Assembly: GCA_963843575.1 (NCBI GenBank)
Contig: CAWJKZ010000013.1
Coordinates: 766,891 to 830,890 of the forward strand
Length of the DNA: 64,000 nt
Direction: 5' to 3'
DNA from: an uncultured Acidobacteriota bacterium
GTDB lineage: Bacteria > Acidobacteriota > UBA6911
Shown here: positions 51,146 through 60,308 of the stretch, piece after piece
Position numbering within the stretch: the stretch's first letter is position 1
Layout: every line of letters starts with the position of its first letter
Notes under the pieces: generated by a model
The model's database searches: none
The model's input: the letters and a program-made list of their open reading frames with translations, nothing else
What the model was told of the DNA's origin: nothing
Program-made: the position numbers and the translations under genes

Positions 51146-51911
51146 ATGCGGAGCTATTCGCGAGTTGCTGGTTCTTTTCGGAGAGGGGGCGCTGAGCCCC
51201 GAGCTGCACCGCACCGTCCTGGGGCACTTGTCCGGGTGCCCGGGATGCAGTCGCGAGGCCGCGGAACTCGAGGGCGTCCGCCGGATGCTCGCCGACCCGC
51301 AGCTTTTTGCACCCGAGCCGACCCACGCGTGGCAGCTTCTACCGCAGAGGCTTGCTTCACGCGTCGGGGAGATCTCGGCCCGCAAGTGGTGGGCCCCCGC
51401 AGACGGCGGATCCAGGGCGTGGACCCTGGCAACGGCCGCCACGCTTGCCCTGGCCGTCGCGTTCGCGTGGATGGCGCCCCGCCAGGCGCCTCCGGTGGGT
51501 CAGGCCCTCGAGGAGGGGCTCCCCGCCGCCCCCGGAAACGAGGAGTTCCTGGGCCGCATGCAGACTGCGTATGCCCGCCAGGCCACCACGGTCTACCTGA
51601 CCCGGTGCCAGGACCTGTTGATCGACGTCGTGCGTGCCGAAAAAGGGTGCTCGGGGGAGGGCTACGACGTCTCGCTCGAAGTGGCGCGCGCCCGCGACCT
51701 CCTCGCCCAAAAACAGCTCCTGGATCGCGAGCTGGCAACCCCCGACGTCGCCAGGGCCAAGGACCTGTGCGATGAACTCGAACAATTCCTCGTGAACCTC
51801 TCGACCTCGGGGAAGTGCGAATCGCCCGACAAGTTGCTTCGCATGGAGAATTTCATACGGCGCCAGCAGTTGCTGCTGCGCATCAATGTCCTGCAGTCGG
51901 AACTCTCGTAG
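51138..51911 (+). CDS. zf-HC2 (ZAS) membrane anti-sigma factor
   Basis: HLSGCPGC motif, single transmembrane helix, overlaps the sigma stop. Confidence 0.85.
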   Translation: MSECGAIRELLVLFGEGALSPELHRTVLGHLSGCPGCSREAAELEGVRRMLADPQLFAPEPTHAWQLLPQRLASRVGEISARKWWAPADGGSRAWTLATAATLALAVAFAWMAPRQAPPVGQALEEGLPAAPGNEEFLGRMQTAYARQATTVYLTRCQDLLIDVVRAEKGCSGEGYDVSLEVARARDLLAQKQLLDRELATPDVARAKDLCDELEQFLVNLSTSGKCESPDKLLRMENFIRRQQLLLRINVLQSELS

Positions 51912-51920
51912 GAGTCCGCC

Positions 51921-52817
51921 ATGCTTCGCATAAGCTCCGCAGCCCTGGTCCTGTTCTCGGCGCTGGCGTTCAATCTCCCGGCCGCGCTCGCCGCCGCGCC
52001 GGACGATCAGTCCGTGCTCAACCAGGGCAAGATCCTGATCTTCGACAAGAAGTGGGAAGAGGCGCGCGCGGTTTTCCGGCGCGTCATCGCGGAGTTTCCG
52101 AAGAGTCCCGCCGCCCCGCAGGCTTACTATTACATTGCCCGCTGCTTTCAGTTCCAGGGCAGACAGATCGACGCTCTGAAAGCCTACGAAGACTTCGTGC
52201 AGCGTTTCCCTGGCGAACCCTTCCTGCCGGCCGAAGCCAGGAACGCCGTCGTTGAGATCGCCGCTTCCCTGATGGAAAAAGGGGACGCGGGCTATCGGGA
52301 CCGTCTCACCTCGGCGCTGGCCGATCGCGACAAGAACGTCCGGTATTTCGCAGCCATCCGGGTCAGCCGCCTGGATGACCGCTCGATCACCGCCAACGCC
52401 ATCCCGATCTTGCGCGAGATCGTCAAGGGCGGGAGCGAGCCCGACGTCGCCAACCGCGCCCGCATCGCGCTGCTGCGGCTCGATCCGAAGGCCCTCTCGA
52501 AGCCTGCGGAAGCTCCCCCTCCGAAGAGCGCGAAGACGCAAACCCGGACCGAGCCAAGGAGCGTGGGGAGGAGCGCCGAGAGGATGTTCCACGTGGTCGT
52601 GACCGAGGCGGGCGCGTCACAGCCGAAGGTGGAACTGACCCTGCCGGTGAGTCTCGCTCAACTGGCCATCGCAGCCCTCGACGAATCGGCCAAGGAGGAG
52701 ATTCGCAAGAAGGGGTTCGACGTCGAGAACATCTGGGAGAGCCTCAAGAACCTCGGCCCCACTAACATCCTGATCTTTCGGGACGGAGGGAACACCGTCA
52801 AGATCTGGGTAGAGTAG
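51921..52817 (+). CDS. Exported TPR/HEAT-repeat protein
   Basis: Signal peptide; BamD-like TPR (F..VIAEFPKS..APQAYY) and HEAT-like ALADRDKNVR. Confidence 0.75.
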   Translation: MLRISSAALVLFSALAFNLPAALAAAPDDQSVLNQGKILIFDKKWEEARAVFRRVIAEFPKSPAAPQAYYYIARCFQFQGRQIDALKAYEDFVQRFPGEPFLPAEARNAVVEIAASLMEKGDAGYRDRLTSALADRDKNVRYFAAIRVSRLDDRSITANAIPILREIVKGGSEPDVANRARIALLRLDPKALSKPAEAPPPKSAKTQTRTEPRSVGRSAERMFHVVVTEAGASQPKVELTLPVSLAQLAIAALDESAKEEIRKKGFDVENIWESLKNLGPTNILIFRDGGNTVKIWVE

Positions 52818-52835
52818 ACCCTGGCATTGTCGGGC

Positions 52836-53724
52836 TCAGGCAGCCGCCGTGACCCGGAGCAGCGGCCGCGTCAGGCAGGTGGGCCCTCCGCCGCCGTTGA
52901 TCCCGATTTCCCTCCCGGAAAACTCGAGCACGTCGTAACCGACCCGGCGCAACCGCTCGTTTGTCCGGACATTCTCCTCGAGGGCGATTAGCTTGCGATT
53001 GCCGAGTGCGAGGACGTTGCAGGCCAGGGTCGCCCGCTCGGACGGTTCTATCCCGACGAAGTCGTATCCGCGGTCCCGGAGCAATTCGACGGTTTCGACG
53101 GCCAGCCAGGGGAGGTCGACGAGCGCCGTTTGCTCGTCCAGCAGGCTCATCAGGGACATGAGGTGGAGGCAGGATCCGGGGCCGTCCGCGTGCGGCAGCG
53201 GCGCAGCCAGGACCTGCACGCCCGGCGCGACGAGTCGCTGGAGCTGACGAATGCCGGACGCGTTGGTGCGGTATCCGCGGCCCGCCAGCAGCAACCGGTC
53301 GTTGACCCAGACGAGGTCGCCGGCCTCGACGGTGCCCGGTTCGACAATCTCGCCCAGGACCGGGATCCCACGCGATTCATAAAAAGCCCTGTGTACCGCC
53401 GGTTCGTTGCGCCGGGCGGGTTTGCCCATCCGCAGGCAGATCGCGCCGCCGCTCGTGACCAGGGAAGCGTCGTGCGCGTAGACGGCGTCGAGCGAAAGAC
53501 CCCGGCGCCGGTGGGAGCAACTCGACCTCGCACCCCGAGGCCCGCAGCAGCCGGCAGAGTTGCCCGTGTTCGCGATCCGCACGCCCCACGTCCGGGGCGC
53601 GCAGGTAGCCGAGCGACTGCCAGCCCGGATCTCCTTCTGGATTCCACCAGCCCGCAGTCCCGGGCCCACACACCAAGACCCGTCCGAGGGGAGCAACCAT
53701 CGAGTCGCCGCCGTAGTCTCTCAT
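52836..53724 (-). CDS. Amidinotransferase/dimethylargininase (arginine deiminase family), frameshifted ~53500-53620
   Basis: DAVYAHD, VEAGD, GYRTN, CLHLMS, CNVLAL, GGGPTCLTRP. Confidence 0.88.
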
Positions 53725-53853
53725 CGTCAAACAACTGTCCTTTCGGAGGGCCGCGTGGTCCGGTACAATGTTCGCAACGGTGCCGGCCGAAACACCGACG
53801 GCCCGCGGCGAGCCTTTCGGGTGGCTCCCGGATTTTAACCACTAAACGGGAAA

Positions 53854-54885
53854 TTGACAGTGAGACTTTACTTCTGCAGGCCTGCTCTGTGGCTGGCGTG
53901 TGCCGCCGGTCTCTCCTGGTTCCCCCGGTGTGCCGGCGCGGACTCCGCGACAAAGGTGGAGTTGAGGTGTAAAATCGGGCCGCCGGGGCGGGCGGTGGAT
54001 GCGGACCTGTGGCAGTTGCAGCTCCGCGGCGCCACCGGCGAGCCCGTACGTCAGCTGCTGGTGATGGGTGGACAGACCGTGGAGTTCAAAGACCTCGAAC
54101 CCGGGATCTACGTCGTGTGCCTCTACGGCACACGGGACCGGCAAAGCTGCAGGTCCCTGGACTTGAACATGCCTGAGCCCGGCAGGCCGCATCGTTTCCT
54201 CGCGGACATCCAGATCCCGAAGTTCAGTAACCTGGGCGGCGACGGCCACACGGTCACAACGTCCGAACTATCCGTTCCCCCGGAGGCGCGCGCGGAGCTC
54301 GTGGCGGCGGAGAAGGCCCAGCTGGCCGGACGTGTCGGGGCGGCCCGCCGCCGCCTCGAGCGCGCGCTGGAGATCTTCCCCGACTTCACCGACGCCCTGA
54401 ACAACCTCGGCACGATGCACTTCAGGGCGGGGGACTTCGGGGAAGCCACCGAGTTGTTCACCCGCGCGACGGCGCTCGACCCTGAGTTTTACGAGGCCTG
54501 GGTCAACCTGGCAGGCAGCTTGACCTCCATGGCCAGGTTTGACGATGCCATGACGGCGGTCCGGAACGCGCTCCGGCTGCGGCCCAACGAGGCCCTGGCG
54601 AATTCGCACGCCGGCTTGATCTGTTTCTACCGGCGTGATTTCGGGTGCGCGAAAACCTATTTTGAAAAAGCCCTGGCGCTCGACCCCGCCTCGACGGGCT
54701 CGCCCCAACTCTTCCTCGCCCACATCTCCCTGGCAGAACACCGGATGGCCGATGCCGAGGCCTATTACCGCAAGTACCTGGAGGTCCACCCCAACGCCCC
54801 CGACGCCAACGACCTCAGGCGGCTCGTCCGGTCGCTCGAAACCGGAGATGTCGGGGTATCCGAGGCTACGGCCTCGGCCAACTAG
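53854..54885 (+). CDS. Exported TPR-repeat protein
   Basis: ALNNLG, ALDPEFYEAWVNL and YLEVHPNA repeats after an N-terminal beta domain; start approximate. Confidence 0.8.
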   Translation: MTVRLYFCRPALWLACAAGLSWFPRCAGADSATKVELRCKIGPPGRAVDADLWQLQLRGATGEPVRQLLVMGGQTVEFKDLEPGIYVVCLYGTRDRQSCRSLDLNMPEPGRPHRFLADIQIPKFSNLGGDGHTVTTSELSVPPEARAELVAAEKAQLAGRVGAARRRLERALEIFPDFTDALNNLGTMHFRAGDFGEATELFTRATALDPEFYEAWVNLAGSLTSMARFDDAMTAVRNALRLRPNEALANSHAGLICFYRRDFGCAKTYFEKALALDPASTGSPQLFLAHISLAEHRMADAEAYYRKYLEVHPNAPDANDLRRLVRSLETGDVGVSEATASAN

Positions 54886-54897
54886 CTGGCGGAGGCC

Positions 54898-55779
54898 ATG
54901 AACAAGACAATCCCCTCAGAGGTCCCTTTCCCCGAGCTGCTGAAGGACGAGCCGGAGCTGGTGTCCGTGGAACTCCGGCCCCCGCGCGCCTCGCGTTCCG
55001 GGCTGCAGAGCATGGATGATTGGATCGACACGTATCACACGATTCGGCGTCTCACGCTGGACGGCATCCGTGTGTTCATCACGGACAATGCGGTCGGCCA
55101 ACTCGAGGAGGAAAACCTGCGGCACCTGGTGGCGAATCTCGGCGCCGACGCGATCAAGTCGCACATCATACCGTTCCTCACCTGCAAACACTCGCTGGAC
55201 TATTGCCTCCGTTATGCCGAAAGGGCTTACGAACAGGGCTTCCGCACGCTGGTGGTCCTGGGGGGCGATCCGCACGACGGGATCCCGCGCTGCGTCGAGC
55301 ACGCCTATCAGTTGCGGGAACAGATTCGACGGCGTGTGCCGGCCCTCGCGCTGGGAGGCTGGGCGAACCCGCATGCCGACCCGGTCCGGCAGGTGGAGTA
55401 CCTGCTGAGAGGGCAGGAATCTTCCGACTTCTTCCTCACCCAGGTCGTGTCGCACCACAGCGAGCCCGCGGTGGTGCGTTTCCGGGATGAGTTGCGGAGG
55501 CGCGGCGTGGCGCTCCCTGGGCTGTTCGGGGTGTTCTACTACCGCAGCGCGCGGGCCAGCACGCTCGGTGCCCTGGGCCGGTTCTTCCCCGTCCCGGCCG
55601 CGCCGCTGACAAGGGAGTTCGAGGTGGAGAAACTCGACTCCGAAGCCGTCTGCGCCCGCAGCATCCGCGGTTTGAACGACCTGGGGGTGCGTCACATCTA
55701 CATCAGCAACCTGCCGGTCAGCGACGCCCCGGCGCGGCTGAGGCGCCTTCTCGGACGCATGGAATCGTCCACGGCCTGA
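54898..55779 (+). CDS. Methylenetetrahydrofolate reductase-like flavoprotein (divergent MetF family)
   Basis: SVELRPP, ITDN, FLTCK, VLGGD and FLTQV align with MetF FAD-barrel motifs. Confidence 0.7.
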   Translation: MNKTIPSEVPFPELLKDEPELVSVELRPPRASRSGLQSMDDWIDTYHTIRRLTLDGIRVFITDNAVGQLEEENLRHLVANLGADAIKSHIIPFLTCKHSLDYCLRYAERAYEQGFRTLVVLGGDPHDGIPRCVEHAYQLREQIRRRVPALALGGWANPHADPVRQVEYLLRGQESSDFFLTQVVSHHSEPAVVRFRDELRRRGVALPGLFGVFYYRSARASTLGALGRFFPVPAAPLTREFEVEKLDSEAVCARSIRGLNDLGVRHIYISNLPVSDAPARLRRLLGRMESSTA

Positions 55780-55886
55780 GCGGGCGCACCGAATCGCGGT
55801 CTTGAGGTGTCGCCGCCGCAACCCCGGCGTGTGGCGGGCCGCCGCACTTCCCGTGGGCAACTGGTCGCTTCAATCTGGCTCGGGGT

Positions 55887-56990
55887 TCAGCCCAGTACCC
55901 GCTTCAGGGCGGACAACAGGAGCAGGACGTTGTTCTCGGTGCTGCCCGCCCCCATCAGGCCGACACGCCAGATCTTCCCTTTCAGCGCCCCGAAGCCGGC
56001 GCCGATCTCGATGTTGTACTCGTTCAGAAGACGGGCGCGCACACGGGCGTCATCGACACCTTCCGGGATCCTCACCGCGTTGAGACTCCAGAGGCGGTGC
56101 TCTCGCGGCACGAGCATCTCGAGGCCCATCGCCTCGATCCCCGCGACGAACGCGCGGCTGTTCTCCTCGTGGCGCCGCCAGCGATGTTCCAGACCTTCCT
56201 CGAGAATTGCGGCGAGAGCCTCGCGCAGGGCGTAGTTCAGAAGCGCGGGGGATGTATGGTGGTACACGCGTTCGGAGCTCCAGTATTTGTCGACCAGCTG
56301 GAGGTCCAGGTACCAGGTCCGTGGTCGTTCCTTCCGGGAACGGATCTTCTCGAGCGCGCGCTCGGAAAAGGTCACCGGAGACAACCCCGGGGGCGCCCCG
56401 ACCCCTTTCTGGGTGCAGGAGTAGCTGGCATCGATCTCGTTCCGGTCGATGCCCACCGGGTGCGCGCCCAGAGAGGTGACCGAATCGACCACCAGGACGG
56501 CGTCGCGGATGTCGCGCAACGATTTCAGTTCCTCGATCGGCTGCCGCATGCCCGTGGAGGTTTCGGCGTGCACCATCGTGACGACGCGCGCGCTGGACCG
56601 ACGGAAGGCGTCCCGCACCTTGTCCATCTCCAGAGGCCTGCCCCAGTCGGCCTCGACGCGCACGGTCCTGCCGCCCCAGCGCTCGACTAGCTCGGCCATG
56701 CGCTGGCCGAAGAAACCGTTGACACAGACCAGGACCTCTTCTCCCGGCTCGACCAGGTTGGCGACACACGTCTCCATCCCTGCCCCTCCGGTCCCGGACA
56801 TGCTGAACGTCACCCGGTTGCCGGTCTCGAAAACCTGCCGCAGCAGCGCCTGGATCTCATCCAGGCAGCGCAGGTAGATCGGGTCGAGATAGCCAAGCAT
56901 CGGCGACATCATCGCTTGCAGTACGCGGGCTTCCACGTTGCTCGGCCCCGGGCCGAGGAGGATTCGTTGCGGCGGATTGAATGAGGACAT
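55887..56990 (-). CDS. Alanine/serine-glyoxylate aminotransferase (class V)
   Basis: [46 protein letters not shown]. Confidence 0.93.
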   Translation of the reverse strand: MSSFNPPQRILLGPGPSNVEARVLQAMMSPMLGYLDPIYLRCLDEIQALLRQVFETGNRVTFSMSGTGGAGMETCVANLVEPGEEVLVCVNGFFGQRMAELVERWGGRTVRVEADWGRPLEMDKVRDAFRRSSARVVTMVHAETSTGMRQPIEELKSLRDIRDAVLVVDSVTSLGAHPVGIDRNEIDASYSCTQKGVGAPPGLSPVTFSERALEKIRSRKERPRTWYLDLQLVDKYWSSERVYHHTSPALLNYALREALAAILEEGLEHRWRRHEENSRAFVAGIEAMGLEMLVPREHRLWSLNAVRIPEGVDDARVRARLLNEYNIEIGAGFGALKGKIWRVGLMGAGSTENNVLLLLSALKRVLG

Positions 56991-57084
56991 GGGGAGCTCC
57001 AATAGGGTTTGAGTACGATTCGACCCGGATCATAGCACACTGTGGGCGGGGCCGGGCCGCAGGGGGCCCTGCCGCCCGCAAGTC

Positions 57085-58050
57085 CTACTCGTGGGGCACG
57101 GCGCGGAGCGAGACGGGAACGGCGCCAACGAAAAGGCCGCCGCTGAGATTCCGCAGGATCAGGAGTGCGGACAGGGAAAGTGAGATGGCCAGCGCGGCAT
57201 CTGCCGGGACGCCCATCAGCGGCAGCCCGTGAACATAGCCCCACTCGCGGATACCGACGCCGTTGAAGCTGAGGGGAAGGGTCGACAGCACGTCGATCAG
57301 CGGCACGAGCGCCGAGATGGCGACCAAGTCCACGGGGTAGCCTGCCGCACGGCACATGCTGTTAACAATCCAGATCACCAGCGCGGAGTTGACCAGCGAC
57401 AAGCCCCCCACCTGAAGGAGGGCGCCGGTGCCGAGCCGCATGGCGGACAGGCTCTCGTGGAAATCCGCAAACCTGCCGAGCAAACGCTGCACCGCGGAAT
57501 GGGAGTCCCGTCGCGCCCAGCGCCGGTAGATCCGGTCGCCCTTCCACACCAGCAGGACAATCACCAGGCCCGCGAGCCAGCTCGCCGCGTAGACCGCAAT
57601 AAGCGGCACCCCTTTCCAGGAGAGCGGGAACGCGATTGCGGCCGCCGAGCCGTAGAACAGCAACGTACACAGCCCCGCAGCCCGGTCCTGGAGAACCGAC
57701 GCGAGTCCGTGACGGAACGAAATGCCAGCCTTGCGGCTGGCCGAGTAGGCCTTGATCATATCGCCCCCGACCAGTGACGGGAGCCCCAGGTTGAAGAACA
57801 TCGCCGCGAACTGAATCCGGGCGAAACTGGGATACGAGCCGGTGATCCCGAAGGAGTGCGCGATGACCCGCCAGCGCTGCGCTGTGATCGACTGTGACGC
57901 CCAGTGCACCAACAGCAGCAGCGAGACCCGCAACAGGTCCATGCGGGCGACACTGGCCCTGACCCGGGACAAGTCGACCGAGCGCAGCACGAGCGCAAGC
58001 AGGACGAGGGTAAATGAGATCTTCACCAGTTGTTTGGCGTTGCCGGACAT
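57085..58050 (-). CDS. Lysylphosphatidylglycerol synthase TM / flippase-like membrane protein
   Basis: RW, FFNLGLPSLVGGD..K, DR..G, LPLSFNGVGIRE. Confidence 0.85.
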   Translation of the reverse strand: MSGNAKQLVKISFTLVLLALVLRSVDLSRVRASVARMDLLRVSLLLLVHWASQSITAQRWRVIAHSFGITGSYPSFARIQFAAMFFNLGLPSLVGGDMIKAYSASRKAGISFRHGLASVLQDRAAGLCTLLFYGSAAAIAFPLSWKGVPLIAVYAASWLAGLVIVLLVWKGDRIYRRWARRDSHSAVQRLLGRFADFHESLSAMRLGTGALLQVGGLSLVNSALVIWIVNSMCRAAGYPVDLVAISALVPLIDVLSTLPLSFNGVGIREWGYVHGLPLMGVPADAALAISLSLSALLILRNLSGGLFVGAVPVSLRAVPHE

Positions 58051-58107
58051 CGGGGTCTCCCTGGGGGCCCGCCGGTTGGGGAGGAAGTGCCCCCGGGGAC
58101 CGGGACA

Positions 58108-58545
58108 CTAGGTTTCTTCGTCCTGGCTGACGGCGCGGCGGTTCAGCTTGCGCATGGCCAGCCGGTGCTTTGCGCTCAAACGCCGCTCACGGCTCTGTAC
58201 CGGAGGTTGCGACGCGCGCCGTACCTTCGGCGGCCGGGCGGCCCTCGCTATCCAATCGTGAATCTTGCGCCGGGCATCCTCGAGGTTCCGGTACTGGTCG
58301 CGCGTCCGCTGGCTCGTCACCAGGAGCCGGCCGGAATCGTCGAGTCGCTTGGCCACGAGGTGCTGCAACCTCCGGCGGCCGTCCGCATCCAGCCCGCGGA
58401 TACGGTTGAGATCCACCCTCAGTTCCACCTTGCTGGCCACCTTGTTGACGTTCTGGCCGCCGGGGCCGGAGGCGCGCACGGCCCGCATCTCAAGCGCATC
58501 GGCAGGGACGAGGATCCCGCCCTCGACAAAAATCGCATCCGGCAT
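58108..58545 (-). CDS. arfB: Alternative ribosome rescue peptidyl-tRNA hydrolase ArfB
   Basis: RASGPGGQNVNKV, RDQ..N, basic C-terminal tail. Confidence 0.95.
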   Translation of the reverse strand: MPDAIFVEGGILVPADALEMRAVRASGPGGQNVNKVASKVELRVDLNRIRGLDADGRRRLQHLVAKRLDDSGRLLVTSQRTRDQYRNLEDARRKIHDWIARAARPPKVRRASQPPVQSRERRLSAKHRLAMRKLNRRAVSQDEET

Positions 58546-58595
58546 AAGCCTCCTGCTCCAAGCCCGCCCAGGGGGCAGAAAAAGTCAGGCTCCGC

Positions 58596-58623
58596 TAAAG
58601 TTCGGTGCGTCCCGATCCGATAT
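58596..58623 (+). promoter_or_regulatory. Candidate sigma28 (FliA/SigD) promoter
   Basis: TAAA-N16-TCCGATAT, one mismatch from TAAA-N16-GCCGATAT. Confidence 0.6.
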
Positions 58624-58700
58624 GGTAGGCATCAGGACGGCGCTCCCCCCCACTTAAAAGGATACCCGCATCGAGTATGCCGGGAGTGAAGGGGTGACTC

Positions 58701-59051
58701 ATGTCCTCAATCCTGAGCATCGACGGTCTCAGTTCCCAGCGGGTTCTCTCGACGCGCGAGACTCCTCCCGCCAAAGGCACCCGGGACGATGAAGCAACCG
58801 GGACGGCGTCGGGCGCAAGCCCCGATCGAGGGTGGGGCCCCACCGAGGGGCAGATTCCACCGGTGCCGCCCACCTACTCGCCCGCGTCCGCCCAGCGCCA
58901 GGGTTTCACGCAGACTCCGGAGGACGGAACGGATCCCCAGGACTCCACGCCGGAACTGTCGGGCAACGCGGTGCTGCTGGTGATTGCCATCCTGAAAAAC
59001 GCGGACGCCGTTGGGGGCGCGGACAAGCCCGTGCTCGACATCCGGGCCTAG
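58701..59051 (+). CDS. Small hypothetical protein
   Basis: 116 aa, AAGGGG RBS, low-complexity middle, ends VLDIRA; fills the gap between arfB and the AIM24 gene. Confidence 0.6.
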   Translation: MSSILSIDGLSSQRVLSTRETPPAKGTRDDEATGTASGASPDRGWGPTEGQIPPVPPTYSPASAQRQGFTQTPEDGTDPQDSTPELSGNAVLLVIAILKNADAVGGADKPVLDIRA

Positions 59052-59066
59052 TCCGCGCGGAACGAC

Positions 59067-60086
59067 TCAGTCCCCGTCCACGAGGTTACCGACCCCGAAG
59101 GTGTCGAGAATCCCCCCCTCCCCGGTGCGCGTCCTGCCCATCGCCGGTATGGCCTTGTAAATGCGGTCCGCCAGGCGGCTGAGCGGCAGCGATTGTAGCC
59201 ACACCTTGCCCGGGCCCTGCAGCGCGGCGAAGAAGATCCCTTCGCCTCCGAACAGAGCGGTCTTGACCTTGCCCACAAAATGAATGTCGTAGCTGACGCT
59301 TGGCTGCAGGGCGACGAGGCACCCGGTGTCGACTCGCAATGCCTGGCCTGGGGCAAGCTCCAGCGCGTGGATTGTCCCGCCGGCGTGGACGAAAACGAGC
59401 CCGTCCCCCTCGAGCTTCTGCATGATGAATCCTTCGCCGCCAAAGAGGCCGACGCCGATCTTGCGCTGGAATGCGATGCCGACGGAGACTCCCCGCGCGG
59501 CGCAAAGGAAAGCGTCTTTCTGGCAGATCAGGGTCCCGCCCAGGGCCGAAAGGTCCATGGGGATTATCTTCCCCGCATAGGGCGCGGCGAAGGCGACCTG
59601 CTGTTTGCCCTGCCCCGAGTTGGTGAAGATGGTCATGAACAGGCTCTCCCCGGTGAGCAACCGCTTGCCGGCGCCGAGGAGCTTGCCCATGACCCCGGCG
59701 CTGGCGGCCGTCCCGGAACCGTCGCCGAACACCGTGGTCATCTCGATCCCCTGGGTCATGTACATCATCGCCCCGGCCTCCGCGACGGCGCTCTCCCCGG
59801 GGTCGAGTTCCACCTCCACAAACTGAAGTTCCTCGCCGAAGACCTTGAAGTCTATTTCGTGCGCCGAGCGGCCCGGCACGCTCGGGATCGTGCCGGGGGG
59901 AGTGCCCTGCTGAAAATATGGGGCGAAGACGCCCACCTGTCCCACCGGCGTCCAGTCCGTCATGCCGGGCGTGAAGACATACGTGCCCGGCTGCATGCTC
60001 CCGTTCCGTATGTTGGATATGATCTCGTCCGCGCCTACCGGTCCGACCTGGTGACCGCCGATCGCCATGTACCACTGTGCATCCAT
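59067..60086 (-). CDS. TIGR00266/AIM24 family protein with N-terminal GYF_2 domain
   Basis: WY..GGHQVGP...PGMTDW (GYF_2), then AEAGAMMYM, TGESLF, GLFGGEGF, GPGKVWLQS. Confidence 0.9.
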   Translation of the reverse strand: MDAQWYMAIGGHQVGPVGADEIISNIRNGSMQPGTYVFTPGMTDWTPVGQVGVFAPYFQQGTPPGTIPSVPGRSAHEIDFKVFGEELQFVEVELDPGESAVAEAGAMMYMTQGIEMTTVFGDGSGTAASAGVMGKLLGAGKRLLTGESLFMTIFTNSGQGKQQVAFAAPYAGKIIPMDLSALGGTLICQKDAFLCAARGVSVGIAFQRKIGVGLFGGEGFIMQKLEGDGLVFVHAGGTIHALELAPGQALRVDTGCLVALQPSVSYDIHFVGKVKTALFGGEGIFFAALQGPGKVWLQSLPLSRLADRIYKAIPAMGRTRTGEGGILDTFGVGNLVDGD

Positions 60087-60308
60087 GGATAGCCTCTCCC
60101 GGAACAGCTAATGATAGCCGCATACAACCGGGGAACAAACTTTTTTGGGGCTGGCCACCGCGTGTCGGCCTTTCGAGATTCCTCGAGTTCTTTGCACCCT
60201 TGGGGTGAATCCCATGGCCCGCAAACAGGACTCGATCCACTCGAAGAATCGCCCAAGTCCACTCCGGCACCTGATAAAATAGGTGCACTGGCCCAGCAGC
60301 GAGGAACC

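Noticed and set aside
57041-57080. Possible fourth copy of the GGGCCGCG hairpin family
   Set aside because: Shares only the GCCGGGCCGC core; could be chance in GC-rich DNA or an unrelated hairpin.
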